A stretch of DNA of 64,000 nucleotides, from the sequence record PZ379176.1; one strand, given 5' to 3'. The notes beneath the pieces are model-generated. The model was given only the letters and a program-made list of their open reading frames with translations, had not been told where the DNA came from and searched no databases. The first letter of the stretch is position 1. Every line of letters begins with the position of its first letter. The stretch is from a phage. Below, in pieces: positions 50,732-59,688 of the stretch. Both the position numbers and the translations under genes were made by a program.

Positions 50732-50950
50732 TTAAGGTAGTATCTTTCTCAGAGCGTTAGATTCAGCATCAGGACAAATAACAACTAGATTATTTTGAAT
50801 GGTTCGCTGCTTACATTGAGAACTAAGTTTCTCTACTGGAGCAGGTGCTGTAACTAATGGATGAACTGCGCTTACAGGGATTGCAGTAGATACCACGACT
50901 CCTGCACCTAAACAAACTAAACCATATACAGCTTGTTTCATCATTTTCAT
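50732..50950 (-). CDS. small protein with N-terminal signal/transmembrane segment upstream of endolysin; candidate holin or lysis accessory protein
   Basis: MKMMKQ then hydrophobic AVYGLVCLGAGVVVSTAI. Confidence 0.4.
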   Translation of the reverse strand: MKMMKQAVYGLVCLGAGVVVSTAIPVSAVHPLVTAPAPVEKLSSQCKQRTIQNNLVVICPDAESNALRKILP

Positions 50951-51017
50951 TTGAGTGTCTCCTATAAATTAACCTCTTGGGATATATTAGTTTCATTACC
51001 TATTCACTAGTTTAACT

Positions 51018-51038
51018 TCTAAAAGCCCCCGAAGGGGC
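51018..51038 (-). terminator. terminator-like hairpin with UUCG loop on - strand
   Basis: Minus strand GCCCC-TTCG-GGGGC followed by CTTTTAG. Confidence 0.4.
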
Positions 51039-51044
51039 AATCCT

Positions 51045-52064
51045 TTACTTAGCAGCCAGTTGAGCTTCTAACTCTTCTACACGCTTCAGCAAATTCTGAA
51101 CAACCTGCATAGTGTCAAGTAGCATAGGAGTTGTGTCTAACTCTTTCTGCTCTTTCATAGAATCGCCGTTTCCAGTTCCGGGATACTTACGAGTCTTGAC
51201 ATACAGAGGTTCTACCGTCTCTGCCTGCTGTGCAATGATACCACGACGAGATCGATTCTTCTCATCATCGTTGTAAACAAAGGATTTGAACTTCAGTCCT
51301 TTTATTACTTCAATAGCTCTTTCTGCATCAATATCAACAATGTTATGTTTCAGGTTTTCATCCGAGACGCCACTCTTTGTAGGACCACCAGAACCGCCAC
51401 CACTGTTACGAAGCTGTCTCAAAGTAACTGCATCGTAATCTCCAACTGCATCAGGAACAGTTACAGGTTGAGAGAAAGTCACCTTCTGAGTAAGCTGTTT
51501 GATATCAGAGTTAATCCCTGTACGAGTAACCCCAACAGTACGTCCCTTAGAATCTTTGACATAAGAACCAATTGCAGCGAAAGGCAAATCCTCAATCTCT
51601 GGACGATACCGTTTAGAATAAACTGGATACTTAGTTTCTACTCCAGAGTCGTTCTGGTCTACTACTTGAAGACGACCAGCAGAGTGAATCTCTACCCCCT
51701 GAACGGAAGAAGCATAGCTACCAATCTTGATTGAGTTATCAGGAGTAACCTTCATCATATCCACAGACTCTACACCATTAGCCCCAGCAGAACGGAAAGG
51801 GATGTTATTATCTACAAAAGGGTCTGCTTTGAATAAAGCACCCTCCATGATAGGCTGTATTGAATCTAAAACATAATCCTTAGATGCACCTTCTGTTTTA
51901 GTCTGATATGTAGCAGCCGCATCGGTTTTCTGTAAATACTTATCAGTCAGGTTCACAGCTCCTGCCTGACCATCTACTGTAGAAACACCAACAACTGCCG
52001 CATCTCTAGTCACAACTACGTGAGGCATCATTATGCCAGATTTGGGCATTAATTCTCTAGACAT
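51045..52064 (-). CDS. tail fiber/spike protein with C-terminal intramolecular-chaperone (S74-like) domain
   Basis: C-terminal NDDEKNRSRRGIIAQQ...LLKRVEELEAQLAAK pattern. Confidence 0.5.
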   Translation of the reverse strand: MSRELMPKSGIMMPHVVVTRDAAVVGVSTVDGQAGAVNLTDKYLQKTDAAATYQTKTEGASKDYVLDSIQPIMEGALFKADPFVDNNIPFRSAGANGVESVDMMKVTPDNSIKIGSYASSVQGVEIHSAGRLQVVDQNDSGVETKYPVYSKRYRPEIEDLPFAAIGSYVKDSKGRTVGVTRTGINSDIKQLTQKVTFSQPVTVPDAVGDYDAVTLRQLRNSGGGSGGPTKSGVSDENLKHNIVDIDAERAIEVIKGLKFKSFVYNDDEKNRSRRGIIAQQAETVEPLYVKTRKYPGTGNGDSMKEQKELDTTPMLLDTMQVVQNLLKRVEELEAQLAAK

Positions 52065-52104
52065 TTATTTCTCCTTAAAGCTCCCCGAAGGGAGCGTATA
52101 TTAT

Positions 52105-54846
52105 TTACTTAACTGGCATCTCTACACGAACTGAGATAAAAGCATCACTTGGAATATCAATAGGATCTCCATCAGAAAAACCTTCTATCTCATTTCTAGC
52201 AAAAACTGGAGAGGTCGGGTGAGTTCTGTGATAGGTTTTAACTAAAATAGAACCATCCTCTTTAACCTTATAATCTAACCAAATTCTAGGCTGCTTGTTG
52301 CGGTCTACAGGGATTTCAAACCCACCATCCACCCCACCCCAACTAGCGTCTACGTTTAAACCAAGGCAACCAGTAATCAAATATTCACCAATACCTTGCC
52401 GAATGACACTAACCCCCTCAGACTCATCATTCGTTTCATATCGACCGTCAGAGTAAACTTTAACTATCGGAGATGCCGCTTTGATGAATCCATTTACATC
52501 AACAGTGGTATTTTTGTCTGTGAGACACTGAACATATTTTGTTGTCCCATCTGCAACTTTTATCGCGTAAATTACACGACCATACCCTGAGGCCGCACCA
52601 CCAACCCCTGCGTATGACACAGCGTGAGCAATCCAGAAGTTAGTATCCTCTGGCTGCATATACCAATAGCAGTTAAACATGTCTACAGTAAACATGCCAT
52701 TCCCGGCGACGTGCTGGACTCGAGCACCAGTACCACCTGTACCTGTATTTGCTGGAGTGTTGCTCAATGCTCCAATATTTCTCAGAGCACCATCAGCATC
52801 TGTTGCCCCGGTTCCCCCTCTTCCAACTGACAAAGCTACATCACCAGCTAATCCAGATATGGTACGGTAACACCCCCATCCGTTATTATCGACAAACATG
52901 TAAGTTTCTTTATTCGGAGAAAAGATTTTAGTCTCCACAGAACTTTGTTCTACTCTGTCTACTCCTAAATTAGACTTAGCACCCGCAGCAGTGCTAGCAC
53001 CTGTACCGCCATTTGCCACTGGAATATTATCTAGTGTAGAAACAGAACCAAGTCCTAAATTAGATCTGGCGTCACTGGCATTCTTCGCCCCTGTACCGCC
53101 ATTTGCCACTGGAATATTATCTAGTGTAGAAACAGAACCAAGTCCTAAATTAGATCTGGCGTCACTGGCATTCTTCGCCCCTGTACCGCCATTTGCCACT
53201 GGAATATTATCTAGTGTAGAAACAGAACCAAGTCCTAAATTAGATCTGGCGTCACTGGCATTCTTCGCCCCTGTACCGCCATTTGCCACTGGAATATTAT
53301 CTAGTGTAGAAACAGAACCAAGTCCTAAATTAGATCTGGCGTCACTGGCATTCTTCGCCCCTGTTCCACCCTGAGTAACAGACAGTGCTGTCGTAAGTCC
53401 AGTCATAGATGTTATATCAGAGTTTGCACCAGCAGCAGCAGCACCTAATATAGACCTGGAGATATTGACGTTACCTGTAGTTTCATCAGGAGCTTGGTTG
53501 TTTACAGTGACTACATAAGGAACCTGAGACTGAACCCCACCTTTGTAATTAGCATCTTTACTAGAATCAGGGGAGCGAATAGCCTCACCACCTGTCCAAT
53601 CTGGAAGACGTATATTAATGAAGTTAGTGGCATCCGCATCAGTTACACCATCAGTGAGTTTACCCCAAGAGAAATACTGACGAGCACCAGCTTGCCACTC
53701 TGTTTCAGAGACCACAGGAAGCTGACCACTGACTAGAGATGGGCCTAAGTCTAGAGCAGACTCTTTTGACACCAAACGACCATCGGCAGGAAGAACCCCC
53801 GGATATGAGATATTCTTCGTTGGGTCGTAAGGAAACATTACCATCTCGCCAAGATACAGAGATGGGTTTCCTGTTGGAATGGTAATGTCAATGTTACCAC
53901 TAGAGTCTGGAGAACGGGAGTTAACGGTAAGGATTCTACCTTCAGTTTTAACAGGAGTTAGTGTTTTGTTAGCAGCAACCGTATAGAATTCATACTTAGT
54001 AGCTTCCCAAACTAAGACCTGCTCTCCAACTTGACGGTACTGAGCATCAGCATCAGCTTCTGCTTTTGATTGGTATGTCTTGGTAGTTTTGTCAAACTTG
54101 TCATTAATCTCTTGACGGCTGTATTGAGCAACGTTCAGAACATTCCCTAAACCTACTGTCTCTTTGTTAAACGTTAGAGCAACCTCTCCATCAAGAGCTG
54201 GACCCCCATTAACAGAAACAGAACGAACAACAGATGGGATTAAGTTAGCAATGTTCTCTAGAGTGGTTTTGTGGACAGTATTGTCATCTTTGTCAACATA
54301 GAAACCTAAGTCACCTAACTCTGGAACACCGGTAGGTGCTGTATCTAAATCCTTAACAGAACCATCCTTTCCGGGATCACCTTCTGGAATACCTAAAGAG
54401 ATTACACCAGTGGTCGGATTAAAAGAACCAGTAGCCGGAGTTCCCGGAGGAAGTGTAGTTACGTCAACGGACATTCCTAACAGAATATCAAGCTGATTCT
54501 GAACTTCAATAAGTTTCTGATTAATGAGAGCAACAGCATTGTTAGCATCAGAGACTGCTGCGTTAGTTTGAGCAATCAAGCTCATCAGACGAGCATCTTG
54601 ATCTATAAAATCCTGCTTAAGATCTTCGATATCCTGCTTCATCAGAATACCTTGTTGATACAGACGTTCTACTTCAGCAATCAAATCATCAATCGTACCA
54701 AACTTAGACTCCGCTAGCAGTGCCCAATATTTGGAGTCAGCTGCGTATTCTGCTGCTTGCTTATAAGCTCCGATAGAGCCTTCAGTAGCACCAAACTGCC
54801 CAACGTTATTCACTGCATCAGGTGCTTGGTTATTATAAACGATCAT
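52105..54846 (-). CDS. long tail fiber protein (913 aa) with four identical 30-aa tandem repeats
   Basis: Repeated GGTGAKNASDARSNLGLGSVSTLDNIPVAN units; N-terminal coiled-coil. Confidence 0.6.
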   Translation of the reverse strand: MIVYNNQAPDAVNNVGQFGATEGSIGAYKQAAEYAADSKYWALLAESKFGTIDDLIAEVERLYQQGILMKQDIEDLKQDFIDQDARLMSLIAQTNAAVSDANNAVALINQKLIEVQNQLDILLGMSVDVTTLPPGTPATGSFNPTTGVISLGIPEGDPGKDGSVKDLDTAPTGVPELGDLGFYVDKDDNTVHKTTLENIANLIPSVVRSVSVNGGPALDGEVALTFNKETVGLGNVLNVAQYSRQEINDKFDKTTKTYQSKAEADADAQYRQVGEQVLVWEATKYEFYTVAANKTLTPVKTEGRILTVNSRSPDSSGNIDITIPTGNPSLYLGEMVMFPYDPTKNISYPGVLPADGRLVSKESALDLGPSLVSGQLPVVSETEWQAGARQYFSWGKLTDGVTDADATNFINIRLPDWTGGEAIRSPDSSKDANYKGGVQSQVPYVVTVNNQAPDETTGNVNISRSILGAAAAGANSDITSMTGLTTALSVTQGGTGAKNASDARSNLGLGSVSTLDNIPVANGGTGAKNASDARSNLGLGSVSTLDNIPVANGGTGAKNASDARSNLGLGSVSTLDNIPVANGGTGAKNASDARSNLGLGSVSTLDNIPVANGGTGASTAAGAKSNLGVDRVEQSSVETKIFSPNKETYMFVDNNGWGCYRTISGLAGDVALSVGRGGTGATDADGALRNIGALSNTPANTGTGGTGARVQHVAGNGMFTVDMFNCYWYMQPEDTNFWIAHAVSYAGVGGAASGYGRVIYAIKVADGTTKYVQCLTDKNTTVDVNGFIKAASPIVKVYSDGRYETNDESEGVSVIRQGIGEYLITGCLGLNVDASWGGVDGGFEIPVDRNKQPRIWLDYKVKEDGSILVKTYHRTHPTSPVFARNEIEGFSDGDPIDIPSDAFISVRVEMPVK
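53001..53360. repeat. 4 perfect tandem copies of a 90-bp unit inside the tail fiber gene
   Basis: Unit starting ctgtaccgcc and ending ttcttcgccc repeated at 53001, 53091, 53181, 53271; degenerate copies flank. Confidence 0.95.
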
Positions 54847-54855
54847 ATTATCTCC

Positions 54856-55632
54856 TTATACACGAGAAGTACGAATACCATAAATATCAGGCAGGCTGCT
54901 CTGAAGTCGAGTCATGTTATTCGGAATTGCGATAGGTGAACCTGAGTACTCTTGTTTCTTATTCTGCTCTACCATTTCATCAAGGATAGCTTTTCCTAAT
55001 GCTGACCATTTCTGAACACCATTATCATCTTGAACAAACAAGCAAGCATGACGTAGTGTGAAGTACAGAAGAAGTTCTGGTGCGATAGTAAGAATAGCAC
55101 TAGTGTCTGTATCTTCGTGGAATTCCGGTGGATCTGCATAATAACTGAGAATCACTGAGTTTTCTGCTGGAATCAAAGGGCTTCCATCATCAGGATAAAC
55201 AGGAGTATCTGCTTCAATACTAGGGTAGAAAATGAAACGACTCCCGAAACGAGCAAAGTTAACAGGTTGGTTATTCCAGTGAGATGGATTAACTGTTCCA
55301 TGCTGTCTACGATAGCTAATCTCTTCAGGAGATGTTACTTGGAAGATTGCACCATCTTTGGCTCTCATCATCCATTGAGCTTCTAAGTAATCAGGAGGAA
55401 TATAAGCCACTCCATCTTTGATATCTAAATACACTTCTTTTTCCAGAGGAGGGATTCGTAAGTTACGATAAATCTCTTTCTCTGCAAAGTTAATAAAGTT
55501 TGGAATTTGATTAACAAATTCATCATCGTCCCTATCTGCCCAGAGGGCCACGGCCTTCTTTAGCCACCCATAGGTATTGATGGGGTATTGAACTTCAGGC
55601 AACATAGGATACCTCCTTCCAGTTTGTGCCAT
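54856..55632 (-). CDS. virion structural protein (possible head-tail adaptor)
   Basis: ORF track; position between capsid module and fibers. Confidence 0.4.
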   Translation of the reverse strand: MAQTGRRYPMLPEVQYPINTYGWLKKAVALWADRDDDEFVNQIPNFINFAEKEIYRNLRIPPLEKEVYLDIKDGVAYIPPDYLEAQWMMRAKDGAIFQVTSPEEISYRRQHGTVNPSHWNNQPVNFARFGSRFIFYPSIEADTPVYPDDGSPLIPAENSVILSYYADPPEFHEDTDTSAILTIAPELLLYFTLRHACLFVQDDNGVQKWSALGKAILDEMVEQNKKQEYSGSPIAIPNNMTRLQSSLPDIYGIRTSRV

Positions 55633-56107
55633 TGATTATTAGGCTTATTGTGCTTGAAGAGACTCCAAACTTCCTAGCTAAAGCTCTAGCTCCGAACTGT
55701 CTGTCCCTCGGTTTATAGTTCTCTAAACAGAAAAGAACTTGTTCTTTAGTAAGTTTGGAATTAGGATTATCCTCAAGATTTCTTGGTGTTGAGAGTTTTG
55801 TTTCATAAGCATGTACACAGTTTTCTTGTTGAGTACACCACTCTAGATTCTCAATCCTGTTATCATCTTTTATTCCATTCTTATGGTTGACATAATCCTT
55901 CCCTTCTACCTTAGGAAGAAAAAGTTCAGCTATGACCCTATGCTCTAAATATGATTTCTTTTTAAAAGTCACTTTACGATAACCTCTGTCGCCAATACAC
56001 CCGGCACGTTGTCCTTTCTGCTTATTAAAGATGTTACTCATAGACCAGAAAAGATGCCCTGTATTTGGATCATAGGTAAAAGCTTCTCTGAAATCAGGCA
56101 TTGCCAT
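55595..56107 (-). CDS. HNH homing endonuclease (freestanding, inside structural module)
   Basis: YVNHKNGIKDDNRIENLEWCTQQEN HNH segment; C-terminal helix-turn-helix-like region. Confidence 0.65.
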   Translation of the reverse strand: MAMPDFREAFTYDPNTGHLFWSMSNIFNKQKGQRAGCIGDRGYRKVTFKKKSYLEHRVIAELFLPKVEGKDYVNHKNGIKDDNRIENLEWCTQQENCVHAYETKLSTPRNLEDNPNSKLTKEQVLFCLENYKPRDRQFGARALARKFGVSSSTISLIINGTNWKEVSYVA

Positions 56108-56141
56108 AGTGTGTCCTCCTAGTTATGTATAGACAAAGAGA

Positions 56142-56150
56142 ATACATTAC
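56142..56150 (-). promoter_or_regulatory. TAATGTATT (8/9 match to TAATGTATA) on - strand about 36 nt upstream of the HNH gene
   Basis: Plus-strand AATACATTA at 56142-56150. Confidence 0.3.
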
Positions 56151-56175
56151 ATTTCTCCTTATAAGGGTCTTAAAC

Positions 56176-56200
56176 GAGAAAACCCCGCCCGAAGGCAGGG
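56176..56200 (-). terminator. rho-independent terminator after the capsid/Ig-like genes
   Basis: Minus strand CCCTGCC-TTCG-GGCGGGG followed by TTTTCTCGTTT. Confidence 0.55.
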
Positions 56201-56209
56201 TAAGGGTTA

Positions 56210-57235
56210 TTACGGCTTAGGTGTTACATTGGTTAAATTGAAAGTAGAAGTAACAGAGGTTTTAATTTTGTGAGTAGCTTTAATAGTTACAGCACCACTG
56301 GCTGTGTCAGCCAAGGTCAGTAACCCAGAAGTATTCACTGTACCAGCTTCTGTCGGAGTGACTACAAAGTTGTAATCAGATGCCGCAGAGTTAGTTACTG
56401 TAAACATATCAGCAAACGCGAGTGTATCACCGCCCACTTTGTCCGCAACGGTAGCTTTAGCCACGATGGTTGGAAGAGGGGTTACGCCATTAATATTAGC
56501 AGTTGCAGTAACAGAGGTTACCGTCTTGTGAGTAGCTTTAACAGTTACGTTACCGCTAGCCGTACCAGCTAAAGTGAGCTGACCAGCAGCATTCACTGTA
56601 CCAGCAGCAGATGGAGTTACTACAAAATTATAGTCACTAGCAGCTGAGCGTTGAACAGTAAACATATCTGTAAAAGCGACACTGTCTCCACCAGATTTTC
56701 CAGTAATAGCAGCTTTAGCTACAATAGTTGGAGGCTGAGGGTTGACAACAATATTAATCACTTTAGTGACAGAAGGTTTAGTAGAGGATTTAACTGTAAG
56801 AGTAGTGCTACCTGCTGCAACAGCAGTTACACGACCAGCAGCTGTTACCGTAGCCTTAGTCTGATCTGCAATTTCCCAGGTAACACCTTGAGGTGCACCA
56901 GCAGGAGATACAGAAGCAGTCAGGTTGGTAGCATCTGGAACAGTTATGGTGAGAGTATCACCAGTTAGACCACCACCAGTTACAGCAATGGAAGCTGGGT
57001 CAGGGATTGGAGCTTTAATTTCCGAGATAACGGCAGTGCCTGATACACCTTTAAGAGTAGCAGTCACTGTAATATCAGCGGTTTGAGGCGAACCCGGAGC
57101 AGTGAACAGCCCAGAAACAGAAATAGCCCCACCACCGGCTACTGACCAATCGAAGCCTGTAGTAGATGTGGAGCCATCGCTTAGTTCTGCTTCAGCTGTA
57201 AACTGTTGGGTAGCCCCGGTCAGCAGACTTGCCAC
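56210..57235 (-). CDS. Ig-like (Big_2-type) domain protein, candidate capsid decoration or fiber protein
   Basis: Repeated T/A/V/S-rich segments. Confidence 0.45.
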   Translation of the reverse strand: MASLLTGATQQFTAEAELSDGSTSTTGFDWSVAGGGAISVSGLFTAPGSPQTADITVTATLKGVSGTAVISEIKAPIPDPASIAVTGGGLTGDTLTITVPDATNLTASVSPAGAPQGVTWEIADQTKATVTAAGRVTAVAAGSTTLTVKSSTKPSVTKVINIVVNPQPPTIVAKAAITGKSGGDSVAFTDMFTVQRSAASDYNFVVTPSAAGTVNAAGQLTLAGTASGNVTVKATHKTVTSVTATANINGVTPLPTIVAKATVADKVGGDTLAFADMFTVTNSAASDYNFVVTPTEAGTVNTSGLLTLADTASGAVTIKATHKIKTSVTSTFNLTNVTPKP

Positions 57236-57267
57236 TGACGCAGGACTAACAGTTACGCTGTCAACTG

Positions 57268-58326
57268 TTACGCCCCCGCCTTTCCCGCAGCGGTGAACAG
57301 TACACCAGAAGCATACGGGTTGCGGTGACGCAGACCAACTTCCATTTCAATCATCCACTTCTCGTAAGAACCATCTTTTGCTAGTTCAGTACGTTTCGGA
57401 GCACGCAGAACCATCTGAGTCCAGTCAGCGCTACGGAAGAAGTAAACTGCATCGGTAGGCATCCAACGGTTAACGATGATTTTGTAGCTCTGGCCCAGCG
57501 GGTCAGTGATGCTATTAACTTCGTAGATGAACTGCTTGGTGTTCTCAAAGATACGCTTACGTGAACCCTGAGTATTTTCTTGCAGACCAGCGAAGATCTT
57601 AGCATGAGCCGGGTTAATCATGATGATATCTGCTTCAGAACCAGCGGTATACAGTTGCAGAGTCATATCAAAGATATCAGCTTCGTCGAAACCAATGTTA
57701 GTGGTCGGGTTAGAAGCATTCTGTGCAACTTTAACAGTCACTGCACCAGTATCCGGGTCAGCAGGACCATTCTTGGTCTTGTCAACAACGCCACCAGCCA
57801 GACCACCGTGAGCACACAGGAACTGGAATGCACCAGTCTTACGAGCTGCATGGGTGTCATTCAGACCAACAACAGCAGGATCAGTTGCAGAGTTAGTCAG
57901 ATACTGGTCAGCCAGAACGTCGGTACGAGCCTGACCGGACAGAAGGATTTTCTCGAGGTCACGCTTGATCTCTTTACCTTTCTTCTCCAGCTGATACATC
58001 AGTTCACGACCACGACCGTAGTTAGCGGTGGTGTTAGCAGTATCAGAAACACGAACAACCTTACGCAGAATCTGAGTAACGTTAGATTTGATAACAGTCG
58101 GTTTCATTTCACCGTCTTCAGCACGAGAGCCTTCGACGTGTGCGTTATTACCGTCAACGCTTGCCAGTGCATCGGTCTGCCAGCTAAAGATAGTCTGGTT
58201 GATAGACTCTTTACCGGTCATAGATACGAACGGGGTATCCTGAGGGGACAGAACAGAAATCCAGTTAGCAAAAGAAAGTTTTTTACCATTCTGGTCATAC
58301 GATACAAATAAAGTTGGATTAGCCAT
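57268..58326 (-). CDS. major capsid protein
   Basis: 352-aa ORF immediately downstream of acidic scaffold gene and portal. Confidence 0.65.
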   Translation of the reverse strand: MANPTLFVSYDQNGKKLSFANWISVLSPQDTPFVSMTGKESINQTIFSWQTDALASVDGNNAHVEGSRAEDGEMKPTVIKSNVTQILRKVVRVSDTANTTANYGRGRELMYQLEKKGKEIKRDLEKILLSGQARTDVLADQYLTNSATDPAVVGLNDTHAARKTGAFQFLCAHGGLAGGVVDKTKNGPADPDTGAVTVKVAQNASNPTTNIGFDEADIFDMTLQLYTAGSEADIIMINPAHAKIFAGLQENTQGSRKRIFENTKQFIYEVNSITDPLGQSYKIIVNRWMPTDAVYFFRSADWTQMVLRAPKRTELAKDGSYEKWMIEMEVGLRHRNPYASGVLFTAAGKAGA

Positions 58327-58366
58327 GTTATGTTAGCTCCTATACTATTAATAATTAATTTGTCGA

Positions 58367-59443
58367 TTAATCTACGAGGAATTTGAATGCGTCTTCGTGA
58401 CTAACGCGACCCTCTGCGAATGCCTTGGCAACCTTAGCGTTGTCGGGCTTATTGGAAGTGCGAGACTTTGCAGCATCAGACTTCACAACCTTGCGTGGAG
58501 CACCGGGACGTTTAATCTTAGCCATCACCTGTTGCTTACCTTTATCAAATTGGTATGCTTTATGGAGAGCTAGGAAAATAGACGGACGGTTTTCCTTCAA
58601 TACTTCTTCTTCAGTAGCACCTAAGTCAATTGCGTATTGCATTAAGTTTTGATATAAGTTTTCATCCCAATTTGGAATCTCGCGTTTCAGAATATTAACA
58701 CATTCAATACTCTTGGCTTGGAAAGCTTCCTGCTCTTTAGCTGCTGCTTCCTGCTTAATACGGACCTGAGCCTGTTCAAGCTGTTGACGGCGAGCTGTGT
58801 ACTTCTCTAGGAAACGTTTGTTTTCAACATATGCTTGAGGATCTTCTACTGCAAGCTTGTCCCAATCAAAACCGTTATAATCTTCAATTACTCGGTCTGC
58901 TTCTAAAGACGCTAGTTCTAATACATCCTTCAAACCTACTACACGTTCCTCGAATGCTTCCATATGACGCTGAAGAGTTGATTCTCGTTCTGTCATATCA
59001 GCACCAGTAAGATAGCCATTAGAAAGTTCTTCAATAGTCATCTCACGTCCATCAGGAAGGGTGATAACGGTTTCGTAGTCTACATCAAAGACTTCACCTT
59101 CACCGTCAGCAGAATCATCTTCATACTCTGCATCGCTTGAATCTTCTTCCTCTTGTTCTTCTGCTTCAGAGGATTCGTCTTCATCTTCTTCGACTTCGCC
59201 TTCCTCTTCACGATCTTCCCAACCATCTTCATCTTCGAACTTAAGCTCATCGCTTTCACCGAGAAGGTCGGTATCAAAGTCGAAATCGTCACCGTCTTTT
59301 TCCGGGAACTCATCGTCAATGTCCACTTCTGGTTCTTGTTCAGATTCTAATCGACCGAGTTCTTCTTTGAAAGAACCTTTCAGGTCATCCAGTTGGAGGA
59401 AAGATTTAAAATCGTTCGGGTCAATATAATTATCTTGTGGCAT
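58367..59443 (-). CDS. scaffolding protein (highly acidic, coiled-coil)
   Basis: Long E/D-rich stretch; between portal and capsid. Confidence 0.6.
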   Translation of the reverse strand: MPQDNYIDPNDFKSFLQLDDLKGSFKEELGRLESEQEPEVDIDDEFPEKDGDDFDFDTDLLGESDELKFEDEDGWEDREEEGEVEEDEDESSEAEEQEEEDSSDAEYEDDSADGEGEVFDVDYETVITLPDGREMTIEELSNGYLTGADMTERESTLQRHMEAFEERVVGLKDVLELASLEADRVIEDYNGFDWDKLAVEDPQAYVENKRFLEKYTARRQQLEQAQVRIKQEAAAKEQEAFQAKSIECVNILKREIPNWDENLYQNLMQYAIDLGATEEEVLKENRPSIFLALHKAYQFDKGKQQVMAKIKRPGAPRKVVKSDAAKSRTSNKPDNAKVAKAFAEGRVSHEDAFKFLVD

Positions 59444-59679
59444 TATGAAACATCTCCTGCACTATTGATAGCAGCTTTTATGACCTCTTTTAAGCTACCA
59501 ACCATTTTATACTTTTGATAACAATCTTCGCGTTTCTTATTCTCATGAGGTTCTGTTTGAACTATCTCTGTCATGAGTCTTTCTTTCAATGCCTCTAATG
59601 CTGCGTCAAGACTGCCGTTAAGGTTGAGAGCCGCCAAAGCGGCGGCGTGCTCTTTATTAAATTGATGTCTAATGTTCAT
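59443..59679 (-). CDS. hypothetical small protein
   Basis: ORF track. Confidence 0.35.
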   Translation of the reverse strand: MNIRHQFNKEHAAALAALNLNGSLDAALEALKERLMTEIVQTEPHENKKREDCYQKYKMVGSLKEVIKAAINSAGDVS

Positions 59680-59688
59680 TCGACGTCC

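Noticed and set aside
53001-53360. Possible CRISPR array
   Set aside because: Repeats are directly adjacent with no unique spacers and lie in-frame inside a coding gene; this is a coding tandem repeat.
52991-53374. 127-aa + strand ORF with internal repeats
   Set aside because: It is the antisense translation of the 90-bp tandem repeat inside the - strand tail fiber gene.
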